Counted from the first letter of the stretch, positions 39,882 to 49,043 are shown. The stretch is DNA of 64,000 nucleotides from Bacillota bacterium (GCA_050951805.1 JBMNJT010000008.1:259061-323060), one strand, 5' to 3'. Translations and numbers: made by a program. The notes: generated by a model from the letters alone, not told the origin.

Positions 39882-41135
39882 ATGGATATACTGAAAATAC
39901 CAACAGAAAAACTAAAACCATCTAAATATAATCCGCGGAAAGATTTAAAGCCTGGTGACCCTGAATATGAAAAATTACGTCGGTCTATTGAAGAGTTTGG
40001 ATATGTAGAGCCGGTCATATGGAATAAACGCACCGGGAATATTGTCGGCGGACATCAGCGTTATAAAGTACTTACAGCTTTGGGGTATAAGGAGATCGAC
40101 TGTGTTGTAGTTGATTTGGATGAACAGCGGGAAAAGGCGCTCAATGTCGCGCTGAATAAAATCAGTGGTGAGTTTGATATTCCGCTTTTGACCGATCTGC
40201 TTATGGATTTAAATGAAGATGGTTTTGACGTTTCTCTTACCGGGTTTGATGCTGCGGAAATTGATGAGTTGTTCCGTGATAAAACAACCGCTAATGTCAA
40301 AGAGGATAATTTCGATACAGAAAAGGCAATTGCAGAGATTAAAATTCCGGTTACCCAAAAGGGCGACATATGGGTACTTGGCAGCCACCGTCTGATGTGC
40401 GGTGATAGCACCATGCTTTCAGATGTGCAAAAGCTGATGAACGGACAAAAGGCGAGATTTGTTTTCACCGACCCACCCTGGAATGTTGATTACGGTTCAG
40501 ATACCAGGCATCCAAGCTGGAAGCCAAGACAAATTCTAAATGACAATATGAGCACCGAAGAATTCGGCGCTTTTTTATTGCGCGCTTTTAAATGCATGAA
40601 AGAGGTTTCTGAAGCCGGATGCATGACCTATGTGGTAATGAGTGCTCAGGAATGGGGCAGTTTGATGAACGTCATGCGGGAGGCAGGGTATCACTGGTCG
40701 AGCACAATTATATGGAAAAAAGACAGCTTGGTACTATCAAGAAAGGACTATCATACCCAGTACGAGCCGATCTGGTACGGTTGGCTTGAAGGAACACGCC
40801 TTTGCCCGCTTAAAGACCGTAAACAGTCAGATGTTTGGGAGATACCCCGTCCTAAAGTATCGGAGGAGCACCCTACCATGAAGCCGGTATCGCTTGTAGC
40901 AAAGGCAATGCTCAATAGTTCCCATATTGGAGATTTAACTCTTGACCTGTTCGGTGGTTCTGGTACGACAATGATTGCGGCACAGCAGACCGGGCGGGTT
41001 TGTTTTATGATGGAGCTTGACTCGAAATACTGCGATGTGATTGTAAAGCGCTATGTTTCACAATTTGGCGCAGATTCAGTATTCTTGGTAACAGGTAGTG
41101 AAAAAATACCTTACGCGGAAACACAGATTGATTAA
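39882..41135 (+). CDS. ParB-like nuclease domain / DNA methyltransferase fusion (DPPW type)
   Basis: The N-terminal 130 aa are highly similar to the upstream paralogue. Catalytic FTDPPWNVDYG. SAM motif LDLFGGSGTTMIAAQ. Confidence 0.85.
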   Translation: MDILKIPTEKLKPSKYNPRKDLKPGDPEYEKLRRSIEEFGYVEPVIWNKRTGNIVGGHQRYKVLTALGYKEIDCVVVDLDEQREKALNVALNKISGEFDIPLLTDLLMDLNEDGFDVSLTGFDAAEIDELFRDKTTANVKEDNFDTEKAIAEIKIPVTQKGDIWVLGSHRLMCGDSTMLSDVQKLMNGQKARFVFTDPPWNVDYGSDTRHPSWKPRQILNDNMSTEEFGAFLLRAFKCMKEVSEAGCMTYVVMSAQEWGSLMNVMREAGYHWSSTIIWKKDSLVLSRKDYHTQYEPIWYGWLEGTRLCPLKDRKQSDVWEIPRPKVSEEHPTMKPVSLVAKAMLNSSHIGDLTLDLFGGSGTTMIAAQQTGRVCFMMELDSKYCDVIVKRYVSQFGADSVFLVTGSEKIPYAETQID

Positions 41136-41251
41136 AAATGTCCTTGCTTTCCCCTCAAAACAGAGCGTTAATGTACCCCACCAAAAAGGAAAGGTGGGAT
41201 TTTTTATGGGAATCAAAAATGTTTTAGCTTATTTGAGGGGAGGTGTATGGC

Positions 41252-41944
41252 ATGAGCAATAACAGCTTTCGCTTTTCACAGAAGATTGTCGGTCAGGAGA
41301 GAAAAGCCATTGCCTCGGTCATAGCTGAAGCCCTTGAAGGCCAGGTGCGCTATGCCGGAGCACCGGAGTTTTTGTATGAGATTAAAGACGAAAAATCTGC
41401 TGGCAGTTGGACGATTGACAGGGACAGTGTGGTTCACTCACCGAAAATCAGTCTCAATGAAATAAAAACCATCCGTTCAGTTATTGACACGTTGAATGTG
41501 GAGGGCTTTTCAGCAGAGGGGACCATGACAATTACTCTTTCGTTGGAGGGCTTTAGCGCGATTAGCCTTGAAAACCTAAATAATATGCTGGCCAGCAAAG
41601 AGACATTGATAAAGAAGGCGATGTTGATTGAGGGGGAACTTGTAGTCTTAGCTGAAAATGATGAGATTTCCTTCCCTTTCTGGAACGCGACTTTAAATGC
41701 TGATGAAGTGCAGACCTATATAACGCTGGCAAAGCAGATGGCAGAACAGGCAAAATTACAGAAGCGAGTACTACGAAAAGAAAAACCAACAGATAATGAA
41801 AAATATGCTTTTCGCTGTTTCCTGCTTAGGTTGGGGTTTATAGGTGATAACTTCAAAACTGAACGCAAGGTGTTACTTTCAAGGCTGTCCGGTAACGGGG
41901 CGTATCGGAAAGGCAGAGCAAAGGCGGTGGACGAAAATGAATAA
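41252..41944 (+). CDS. hypothetical protein sharing a C-terminal module with the amidoligase
   Basis: The C-terminus NEKYAFRCFLLRLGFIGDNFKTERKVLLSRLSGNGAYR aligns with NEKFAMRTYLNRIGLIGDEFKNCREHLCKHLDGNAAWR of the 42641-43540 protein. ATG follows GGGGAGGTG. Confidence 0.5.
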   Translation: MSNNSFRFSQKIVGQERKAIASVIAEALEGQVRYAGAPEFLYEIKDEKSAGSWTIDRDSVVHSPKISLNEIKTIRSVIDTLNVEGFSAEGTMTITLSLEGFSAISLENLNNMLASKETLIKKAMLIEGELVVLAENDEISFPFWNATLNADEVQTYITLAKQMAEQAKLQKRVLRKEKPTDNEKYAFRCFLLRLGFIGDNFKTERKVLLSRLSGNGAYRKGRAKAVDENE

Positions 41945-42272
41945 TTTTCATAGCACCGCCTTCTTTGTCAAGCATCCGTTTAGAATAGAGGATTTAAAAG
42001 TGCCGCATCGGTATGAGACGAGGAAACGATTTGTAGTTGTAAAAACTATCGAGCTATCAAAGATTGATTATGATAACTTCGTTGCCGACCTATGTGTTGA
42101 TCGCATTTTCATTGAGGAAAATAAAGGGCTTTGTCACGTTAATGAGGATGGAGTGTGGCGTTGCCTGCTGGTTAAGCAGCGGGGACGGTCTGATGGAGTG
42201 TTGGTAATGCCGGATGGTAGAGATTACCCAAAGTATGCCGCATATTATCCTGGAGAGGAGGACGAACTATGA
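41937..42272 (+). CDS. hypothetical protein
   Basis: 111-aa ORF. The start overlaps the upstream stop. No family recognised. Confidence 0.45.
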   Translation: MNNFHSTAFFVKHPFRIEDLKVPHRYETRKRFVVVKTIELSKIDYDNFVADLCVDRIFIEENKGLCHVNEDGVWRCLLVKQRGRSDGVLVMPDGRDYPKYAAYYPGEEDEL

Positions 42273-42499
42273 GTGCAAGAGGCTTCCCTTCAAAAGAAAC
42301 AGTCCTTCGCATTAAAGAGCAGTATCCGCCGGGAACACGTGTTGAGCTTATCTGCATGGATGATCCGTATTCTAAGCTGAAACCGGGAGACCAAGGAACA
42401 GTATCTTTCGTGGATGATATCGGAACTGTTCATATCAACTGGGACTGCGGTTCTTCTTTGGGTGTAGCCTATGGTATAGATGTGATCAGAAAGCTGTAA
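42269..42499 (+). CDS. DUF4314-like small protein
   Basis: PGTRVELICMDDPYSKLKPGDQGTVSFVDDIGTVHINWDCGSSLGV matches my recollection of the DUF4314 signature common in Firmicute mobile elements. Confidence 0.55.
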   Translation: MSARGFPSKETVLRIKEQYPPGTRVELICMDDPYSKLKPGDQGTVSFVDDIGTVHINWDCGSSLGVAYGIDVIRKL

Positions 42500-42640
42500 A
42501 TGTACACAATTCAAGATGTGTAAAATTGTTCAAAATCCAGTGGAAACTCACGCAGAATTGCCTTGCTATCCTGTGTTTTCAATGGCCTAATGTACACTGC
42601 CAAAGGGCAAAAAACACAGAGAAAGCGAGGAGAAAGCGCA

Positions 42641-43540
42641 ATGCTTACAACGAGATTTGGAATCGAGGTAGAATTGACGGGGATGACAAGAAAACAAGCG
42701 GCAAAAACTGCAGCAGCTTTTCTTGGAGGGAGGGTTGAATCCAGCGGAGATTATTACGATACCCAAAAGGTTATTGCACCGGATGGACGGATATGGAAAT
42801 TCATGAGCGACGGGAGCATCCGGACTCAGAAAAAGGAAAACGGCAGGATTGTGGCGGCTGGCCGGGAATATAGCGTCGAGTTGGTAAGCCCGATACTGAC
42901 ATACCGCGAGGACATTGAAACCCTGCAGGAATTGATAAGGAGGCTTCGCAAGGCTGGAGGTTTTGCAAACACAAGCTGTGGAATTCATATCCATATAGAC
43001 GGTGCAGACCACACACCGCGAAGCATCCGTAATTTTATCAACATTATCGCCAGCAAGAATGACCTTTTCTATAAAGCATTGCAGATTGAGCCGGACAGGA
43101 TGCGGTTTTGTAAAAAGATGGATGCGGCACTGGTTGAGAAGATGAATCGGCGTAAGCCCAAAACCATGGCGGCGATTGAGAGCATCTGGTACGAAGGTTA
43201 CAGCGAAAGCCGAAGCACCCATTACCATAATAGCAGGTACCACTTTTTGAACCTGCACAGCTTTTTTAATGGCAATGGGACAATTGAGCTTCGAGGCTTT
43301 AACAGCGAACTTCATGCGGGAAAAATTAGAAGCTACATAGTGCTTGCCCTTGCGTTAAACCATCAGGCGTTAACGCAAAAATGCGCTTCCAGCAAGAAAC
43401 CACAGGTTGAAAATGAGAAGTTTGCCATGCGGACATATCTCAACCGCATAGGACTTATTGGTGATGAGTTCAAAAACTGCCGGGAGCATCTTTGCAAACA
43501 CCTTGATGGTAACGCAGCATGGCGGTTTCGGGCAGCATAG
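42641..43540 (+). CDS. amidoligase-family (glutamine-synthetase-like) enzyme
   Basis: FGIEVELTG start, SVELVSPIL and CGIHIHID motifs are typical of the Amidoligase_2 family. ATG 42641 follows GAGGAGA. Confidence 0.7.
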   Translation: MLTTRFGIEVELTGMTRKQAAKTAAAFLGGRVESSGDYYDTQKVIAPDGRIWKFMSDGSIRTQKKENGRIVAAGREYSVELVSPILTYREDIETLQELIRRLRKAGGFANTSCGIHIHIDGADHTPRSIRNFINIIASKNDLFYKALQIEPDRMRFCKKMDAALVEKMNRRKPKTMAAIESIWYEGYSESRSTHYHNSRYHFLNLHSFFNGNGTIELRGFNSELHAGKIRSYIVLALALNHQALTQKCASSKKPQVENEKFAMRTYLNRIGLIGDEFKNCREHLCKHLDGNAAWRFRAA

Positions 43541-43601
43541 ATAGACAAGCGCAGGGGTGGATCTCCGCCTCTGCCTTGGTAAATACAAGGAGGATGATAC
43601 G

Positions 43602-44069
43602 ATGAGCAAAGAAAAAGGAACCATATATTTAGCATACGGAAGCAATCTGAACTTAAGGCAGATGGCATACCGCTGCCCAACGGCAAAAGTGCTGGGGAGT
43701 GCAAAACTCACAGGATACCGGCTGTTATTCAGAGGAGGGAATGGCGGCGCAGTAGCGACAATAGAAAAACAAAAAGGTGAAAGTGTACCGGTAATGCTTT
43801 GGAGAATCATGCCTAATGATGAGAAGGCGCTGGACAGATATGAAGGTTATCCGCATCTATACCGGAAAGAAACGGTTAAGGTACGTTTCAAAGGGCAGTG
43901 GGTACCCGCAATGGTGTATATCATGAATGAAGGTAGACCTTTGGGAGCACCGGGTCGTTACTATTACGAGGTGATTCGGCAGGGCTATATAGATGCGGGT
44001 TTTGATATTTCGTTTCTCAATAAAGCGGTAAGAGATTCAATTTCAGCGGCAGAGAAGTCAGAGGTGTAG
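43602..44069 (+). CDS. gamma-glutamylcyclotransferase (AIG2/GGCT-like)
   Basis: IYLAYGSNLNLRQMAYRCPTAK and LDRYEGYP motifs. Confidence 0.75.
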   Translation: MSKEKGTIYLAYGSNLNLRQMAYRCPTAKVLGSAKLTGYRLLFRGGNGGAVATIEKQKGESVPVMLWRIMPNDEKALDRYEGYPHLYRKETVKVRFKGQWVPAMVYIMNEGRPLGAPGRYYYEVIRQGYIDAGFDISFLNKAVRDSISAAEKSEV

Positions 44070-44072
44070 GAC

Positions 44073-44267
44073 ATGGGTAACGAGAATCTGATAACTGATA
44101 AGATTTATCGGCAGATTATGGCCATACGGGACAGCGGTGCCTGTAATATGTTTGACTTGCCAAGAGTACAGGAAGAGGCATATAAAATGGGGTTTTATGA
44201 ATTAGTAGTATTTCTTAATGAACACAAGAAAGAATATGCCGAGTTTATCCTGACAGGCAAACGATAA
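44073..44267 (+). CDS. small hypothetical protein (DUF5049-like)
   Basis: 64 aa. The NMFDLPRVQEEAYKMGFYELVVFL...ILTG pattern is recalled from DUF5049 proteins upstream of terminases. Confidence 0.45.
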   Translation: MGNENLITDKIYRQIMAIRDSGACNMFDLPRVQEEAYKMGFYELVVFLNEHKKEYAEFILTGKR

Positions 44268-44405
44268 CGGTTATAACGTAACAAGTTTCATAGAAATCCA
44301 CTAAGGAGAGGAACTTCATCCATGAGGTTCCTTTTTTCTTGCTCAATTTTAGGAAAGGAGGCGGCAAAGCTGCGGAAGTTAAAACGGTATAAACCAACCA
44401 AGTTT

Positions 44406-46103
44406 ATGGCGGAAGGTTCTCGATATGACAAGGAAGCGGCTGATGCCGCTGTTACTTTTATAAACTGCCTGAAGCATACCAAGGGTGAATGGTATGGAAT
44501 GCCTTTTGAATTAATTGACTGGCAGGAACAGATTGTCCGGGACATATTCGGAATCTTGAAACCTAACGGATACAGGCAGTTTAACACTGCCTATATAGAA
44601 ATTCCAAAAAAGCAGGGTAAGAGCGAACTTGCAGCGGCAATTGCTTTATATCTTACCTGTGGTGATTTCGAGCATGGCGGCGAGGTTTATGGATGTGCGT
44701 CTGATCGTCAGCAGGCATCCATTGTTTTCGATGTTGCAGTAGATATGGTGGAACAGTGTCCGGCATTAAAATCTCGAATTAAACCAATGCTGTCACAGAA
44801 GCGGCTGGTTTATAAACCGTTAGGCAGTTTTTATCAGGTGCTTTCAGCGGAGGCATATACAAAACATGGCCTAAACGTCCATGGTGTGGTATTTGACGAA
44901 CTTCATGCTCAGCCAAACAGGGATCTTTATGATGTAATGCTTCACGGATCTGGCGATGCAAGAAAACAACCGCTGTTTTTCCTGATCACAACTGCTGGCA
45001 CAGACCGCAATTCCATCTGCTGGGAAGTACATCAAAAGGCTGAGGATATTCTTCAAGGGCGTAAGATAGATCCGACTTTCTACCCTGTTATCTACAGCGC
45101 AGCCGATACCGATGACTGGACAAGTGAAAAGGTATGGAGAAAGGTTAACCCGTCACTGGGCATTACAGTCGACATCGAAAAATTGAGGGTGGCTTGTGAA
45201 AATGCCAAGCAAAATCCTGCAGAGGAAAATTTATTCCGTCAGCTCCGCTTAAATCAGTGGGTGAAACAATCGGTGCGCTGGATGCCAATGGATAAATGGG
45301 ATAAGTGTGCGTTTCCTGTTGATGCAGAAAAATTGCGCGGCAGAACCTGTTACGGAGGACTTGACCTGTCATCTACTACCGATATTACCGCCTTTGTGCT
45401 GGTGTTTCCACCGCTTGATGAATCTGACAAATATCAGATTCTACCTTTTTTCTGGATACCGGAGGAGAATATTGATCAGCGTGTGCGGAGAGATCATGTG
45501 CCTTATGATGTCTGGGAGAGGCAAGGCTTTTTATATACCACTGAGGGTAACGTCGTGCATTATGGCTTTATCGAAACCTTTATTGAGGAACTCGGAATGA
45601 AATATAACATTAAGGAAATAGCCTTTGACCGCTGGGGCGCAATTCAGATGACGCAAAACCTCGAGGCTTTGGGGTTTACGGTTGTTCCATTCGGTCAGGG
45701 TTTCAAGGATATGTCGCCGCCTACAAAGGAACTGATGAAGCTGACACTTGAACAGAAAATCGCCCACGGTGGTCATCCTGTACTCCGTTGGATGATGGAT
45801 AACATCTACATCAAGACCGATCCGGCAGGAAACATAAAGCCAGATAAGGAGAAGAGTACAGAAAGAATAGATGGCGCGGTAGCATCCATTATGGCGCTAG
45901 ACCGAGCCATTCGTTGTGGATCTGTAAGCAGCGGTGAGTCGGTGTACAATGAAAGGGGCTGCTTATTTTATAAAAACCTAAATGTTTTTAATAAAAACCG
46001 CTTGACATTTAATAACATGCAGGTTTATAATAAAAACCAGAACAAGATAAGTGGAAGGTGGTTTTTATATGTCAAGAGTGGTTCAGGTGTCGTTCACAGA
46101 TAA
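44406..46103 (+). CDS. terL: phage terminase large subunit, with atypical C-terminal extension
   Basis: Terminase_1-like sequence: Walker A-like IPKKQGKSELAA, VVFDELHAQ, and the nuclease-domain IDGAVASIMALDRA. The ORF is open from 44322 and the start is uncertain. The last 45 aa or so read through an AT-rich promoter-like region. Confidence 0.85.
   Translation: MAEGSRYDKEAADAAVTFINCLKHTKGEWYGMPFELIDWQEQIVRDIFGILKPNGYRQFNTAYIEIPKKQGKSELAAAIALYLTCGDFEHGGEVYGCASDRQQASIVFDVAVDMVEQCPALKSRIKPMLSQKRLVYKPLGSFYQVLSAEAYTKHGLNVHGVVFDELHAQPNRDLYDVMLHGSGDARKQPLFFLITTAGTDRNSICWEVHQKAEDILQGRKIDPTFYPVIYSAADTDDWTSEKVWRKVNPSLGITVDIEKLRVACENAKQNPAEENLFRQLRLNQWVKQSVRWMPMDKWDKCAFPVDAEKLRGRTCYGGLDLSSTTDITAFVLVFPPLDESDKYQILPFFWIPEENIDQRVRRDHVPYDVWERQGFLYTTEGNVVHYGFIETFIEELGMKYNIKEIAFDRWGAIQMTQNLEALGFTVVPFGQGFKDMSPPTKELMKLTLEQKIAHGGHPVLRWMMDNIYIKTDPAGNIKPDKEKSTERIDGAVASIMALDRAIRCGSVSSGESVYNERGCLFYKNLNVFNKNRLTFNNMQVYNKNQNKISGRWFLYVKSGSGVVHR
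45969..46038 (+). repeat. three direct copies of (T/A)ATAAAAACC
   Basis: Copies at 45969-45978, 45990-45999 and 46029-46038. They flank and overlap a consensus promoter. Confidence 0.6.
46002..46031 (+). promoter_or_regulatory. near-consensus sigma-70 promoter inside the terL 3' end
   Basis: TTGACA (46002-46007), an 18-nt spacer, then TATAAT (46026-46031). It lies 38 nt upstream of the next ATG (46069), which has a GGAAGGTGG RBS. Confidence 0.5.
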
Positions 46104-46419
46104 GGAATTTGCAGATCTCGAGCGTTTAGCCCAAGAAGAGGGAGTGACTGTTCCGTTTTACATCAAAAGCAAGGTGTTGGAGGATACCGAGTTCCAACAG
46201 TGGTTCCAAGAGTTGCTTATCCGCACTGGCCGAATTCCGAAAGATACTGCGTTTAACATCAAAGCAGTATTCGGCACCGACTGGATTAGCATCTCCAAGG
46301 GTGTTCGACTGGCTCTTGGAAGATCGTTTTATAATTATGTGAACGCTGGGAAAGTACCAGGTGTAGTACCCACAGAAAAAGACAGTGCAAATACTCAGTG
46401 GTACAGAAAGGTGGAATGA
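46069..46419 (+). CDS. hypothetical protein
   Basis: 116-aa ORF with a good RBS, translationally coupled (ATGA) to the HNH gene. No family recognised. Confidence 0.5.
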   Translation: MSRVVQVSFTDKEFADLERLAQEEGVTVPFYIKSKVLEDTEFQQWFQELLIRTGRIPKDTAFNIKAVFGTDWISISKGVRLALGRSFYNYVNAGKVPGVVPTEKDSANTQWYRKVE

Positions 46420-46982
46420 CCTTCATGAAGAATACGGCCAAGAGGAAAACAAACTTAACTCAGAAGCTTGGCATTGGAAAAGGCGGATTCAAAAAAGCGA
46501 TTCGTGATGGGCTGCTGCTATCCAGTAAGGATAAAGATGCCTACGAGTGCGGCATAAAGTTTTTTAATAATCGCTGCGCTTATTGCGGAATGAGCGGTGA
46601 CGTTATTCAACTTACTGCCGACCATATAGTACCCTCAGCTAAAGGCGGACGCTTTGTTAAAGGAAATATTGTACCAGCATGCCAAAAATGCAACTCAATA
46701 AGGCGTGATCAACCTATTGACGTTTTTATTAATGACCCACAGGTGCTAGAGAAGATCAAGGATTTCCAGAGTATGTACCAATTTAAAGAGTCTGAAAAGA
46801 GTCTCGATGCTGAGCTTGGTGAAAATGGAAAATTCATACTCGAACAACTTGATGCTGTTCTCATTATTATACGAGATGTCGCACGGGAAGCTATTCGAGC
46901 AAATGAACGAAACGAAATACTACCGTTAGAAGAATGGGTCAAAGATATTAAGGAAGTAACTAAGAAATACGGGTTGATATAG
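46416..46982 (+). CDS. HNH endonuclease
   Basis: CAYCG...DHIVPSAKGG...NIVPACQKCNSIR HNH/zinc-finger motif, plus a helical C-terminal extension of about 90 aa. Confidence 0.8.
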   Translation: MTFMKNTAKRKTNLTQKLGIGKGGFKKAIRDGLLLSSKDKDAYECGIKFFNNRCAYCGMSGDVIQLTADHIVPSAKGGRFVKGNIVPACQKCNSIRRDQPIDVFINDPQVLEKIKDFQSMYQFKESEKSLDAELGENGKFILEQLDAVLIIIRDVAREAIRANERNEILPLEEWVKDIKEVTKKYGLI

Positions 46983-47059
46983 CATTTAAAAGAATAGGTC
47001 AATTTATAGGCATCGCTTCGGCGGTGTCTTTTTCATGCCATTTTTCGGAGGTGATCTAC

Positions 47060-48379
47060 ATGAGTATATTTTCAGGTTTATTTCGATCACGTGATAAGCC
47101 TAAAAATCATATTGGCAGTGCATTTTCGTTTCTGTTTGGCAGCACTACTAGTGGAAAGACAGTCAACGAACGGACGGCAATGCAATCAGCTGCAGTGTAT
47201 GCCTGTGTAAGGATACTTGCAGAAGCCATCGCCGGGCTTCCGCTTCATGTGTACCGCTATAAAGAAGACGGTGGCAAAGAAAAAGCGTTGACCCACCCGC
47301 TCTATTATTTACTCCATGACGAACCAAACCCTGAGATGACTTCATTCGTGTTCCGAGAAACACTGATGAGTCATCTTCTTTTATGGGGAAATGCTTACGC
47401 TCAAATTATTAGGGATGGTTCCGGACGAGTGCTGGCGCTTTATCCACTTTTGCCAAACAAAATGACGGTAGACAGGGCTCCAAACGGAGAACTGTTTTAC
47501 ACTTATCGGCGCGACAGCGATGAGAGCAGGGTTAATCCAAAAGCAGGCCTTATATACCTACGAAGTGATGAGGTTCTTCACATCCCGGGACTCGGTTTTG
47601 ACGGTCTTGTAGGATACTCCCCTATTGCTATGGCCAAGAACGCCATAGGCATGGCTATTGCCTGTGAGGAGTATGGTGCATCCTTTTTTGCCAACGGAGC
47701 AAATCCGGGTGGCGTTCTGGAACATCCCGGCGTATTAAAGGATCCGGCAAAGGTGCGAGAAAGCTGGAATGCTGTTTATCAAGGAAGTGCCAATGCTCAT
47801 CGCATTGCAGTTCTGGAAGAGGGAATGAAGTTTCAACCAATCGGCATTCCACCCGAACAGGCACAGTTTTTAGAGACAAGAAAGTTTCAGATAAATGAAA
47901 TTGCTCGGATATTCCGAGTACCTCCCCATATGGTTGGAGATCTTGAAAAGTCAAGCTTTTCAAACATCGAACAGCAATCTCTGGAATTTGTTAAATACAC
48001 GCTTGACCCGTGGGTGGTGCGTTGGGAACAGGCTCTCCAAAAAGCGCTGCTTTTACCATCAGAGAAGCGGGCATACTTTGTCAAATTCAATGTAGATGGC
48101 CTTCTGCGCGGTGATTATGCAAGCCGCATGAATGGTTATGCTGTAGCTCGACAGAACGGCTGGATGTCTGCTAACGATATCCGCGAGCTTGAGGACATGA
48201 ACCGGATTCCGGCGGAGTTGGGTGGAGATCTGTATCTTGTTAACGGTAACATGACCAGGCTTGCCGATGCAGGTGCCTTTGCAGGCAAAAACAATGCTAA
48301 AACGGAGGGATCAAAAGTTGAACAAATCACAAAAACCAAAACCGGTTCGCCGCTTCTGGAACTGGATACAAAACGATGA
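47060..48379 (+). CDS. phage portal protein (HK97 family)
   Basis: Typical HK97-type portal motifs (AVYACVRILAEAIAGLPL, LLLWGNAY, NIEQQSLEF). Position is upstream of the protease and capsid genes. Confidence 0.9.
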   Translation: MSIFSGLFRSRDKPKNHIGSAFSFLFGSTTSGKTVNERTAMQSAAVYACVRILAEAIAGLPLHVYRYKEDGGKEKALTHPLYYLLHDEPNPEMTSFVFRETLMSHLLLWGNAYAQIIRDGSGRVLALYPLLPNKMTVDRAPNGELFYTYRRDSDESRVNPKAGLIYLRSDEVLHIPGLGFDGLVGYSPIAMAKNAIGMAIACEEYGASFFANGANPGGVLEHPGVLKDPAKVRESWNAVYQGSANAHRIAVLEEGMKFQPIGIPPEQAQFLETRKFQINEIARIFRVPPHMVGDLEKSSFSNIEQQSLEFVKYTLDPWVVRWEQALQKALLLPSEKRAYFVKFNVDGLLRGDYASRMNGYAVARQNGWMSANDIRELEDMNRIPAELGGDLYLVNGNMTRLADAGAFAGKNNAKTEGSKVEQITKTKTGSPLLELDTKR

Positions 48380-49043
48380 TGGCAGCCGGACATTATATAT
48401 TGACGGCCCAATAGCTGAAGAAAGCTGGCTGGGAGACGAAGTAACTCCCAAACAGTTCAAATCAGAGCTGTTGTCCGGAGAGGGTGATATAACGATCTGG
48501 ATCAACAGCCCTGGCGGAGATATATTTGCAGCTAATCAAATTTACAACATGCTTATGGATTACAAAGGCAAAGTGACGGTAAAGATTGACGGTATTGCAG
48601 CCAGCGCCGCTTCGGTCATAGCTATGGCCGGAGGTGACGTCTTTATGTCACCAGTCAGCATGATGATGATTCACAACCCTATGACAATAGCCATCGGTGA
48701 TACGGAAGAAATGGAGAAAGCTATCGCAATGCTGGAAGAAATAAAGGAATCCATCATCAACGCTTATGAGCTGAAAACCGGACTTTCCAGGGCAAAAATA
48801 TCGCACCTAATGGATGCAGAAAGCTGGTTTAACGCAAGAAAAGCGGTGGAACTTGGCTTTGCCGATGGAATCTTGTTTATGGAGGATGAATCATTCCCAT
48901 CCGAATTTGAAGTATCAGGAGGAATGATCTTCAGCAGGCAGGCAGTAACAAATTCCATCCTGCAAAAGCTTAAACCAAAAGAAAAACCAAAAGGAACACC
49001 AATTGAGTCGCTTGAAAAGCGGCTTTTTTTATTAAAACCTTAA
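48318..49043 (+). CDS. ClpP-like prohead (head maturation) protease
   Basis: INSPGGDIFAANQIYNML and AASAASVIAMAGG are ClpP/S14 motifs. TTG 48318 follows ACGGAGGGA. It overlaps the portal 3' end. Confidence 0.85.
   Translation: MNKSQKPKPVRRFWNWIQNDDGSRTLYIDGPIAEESWLGDEVTPKQFKSELLSGEGDITIWINSPGGDIFAANQIYNMLMDYKGKVTVKIDGIAASAASVIAMAGGDVFMSPVSMMMIHNPMTIAIGDTEEMEKAIAMLEEIKESIINAYELKTGLSRAKISHLMDAESWFNARKAVELGFADGILFMEDESFPSEFEVSGGMIFSRQAVTNSILQKLKPKEKPKGTPIESLEKRLFLLKP

Noticed and set aside
42587-43315. 242-aa minus-strand ORF opposite the amidoligase gene. Similar antisense ORFs occur opposite the capsid/connector genes (49233-49871 and 49888-50610) and opposite the endolysin (51859-52665).
   Set aside because: The plus-strand frames carry clear family motifs and operon organisation. 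The antisense products are low-complexity and lack RBS and start context.
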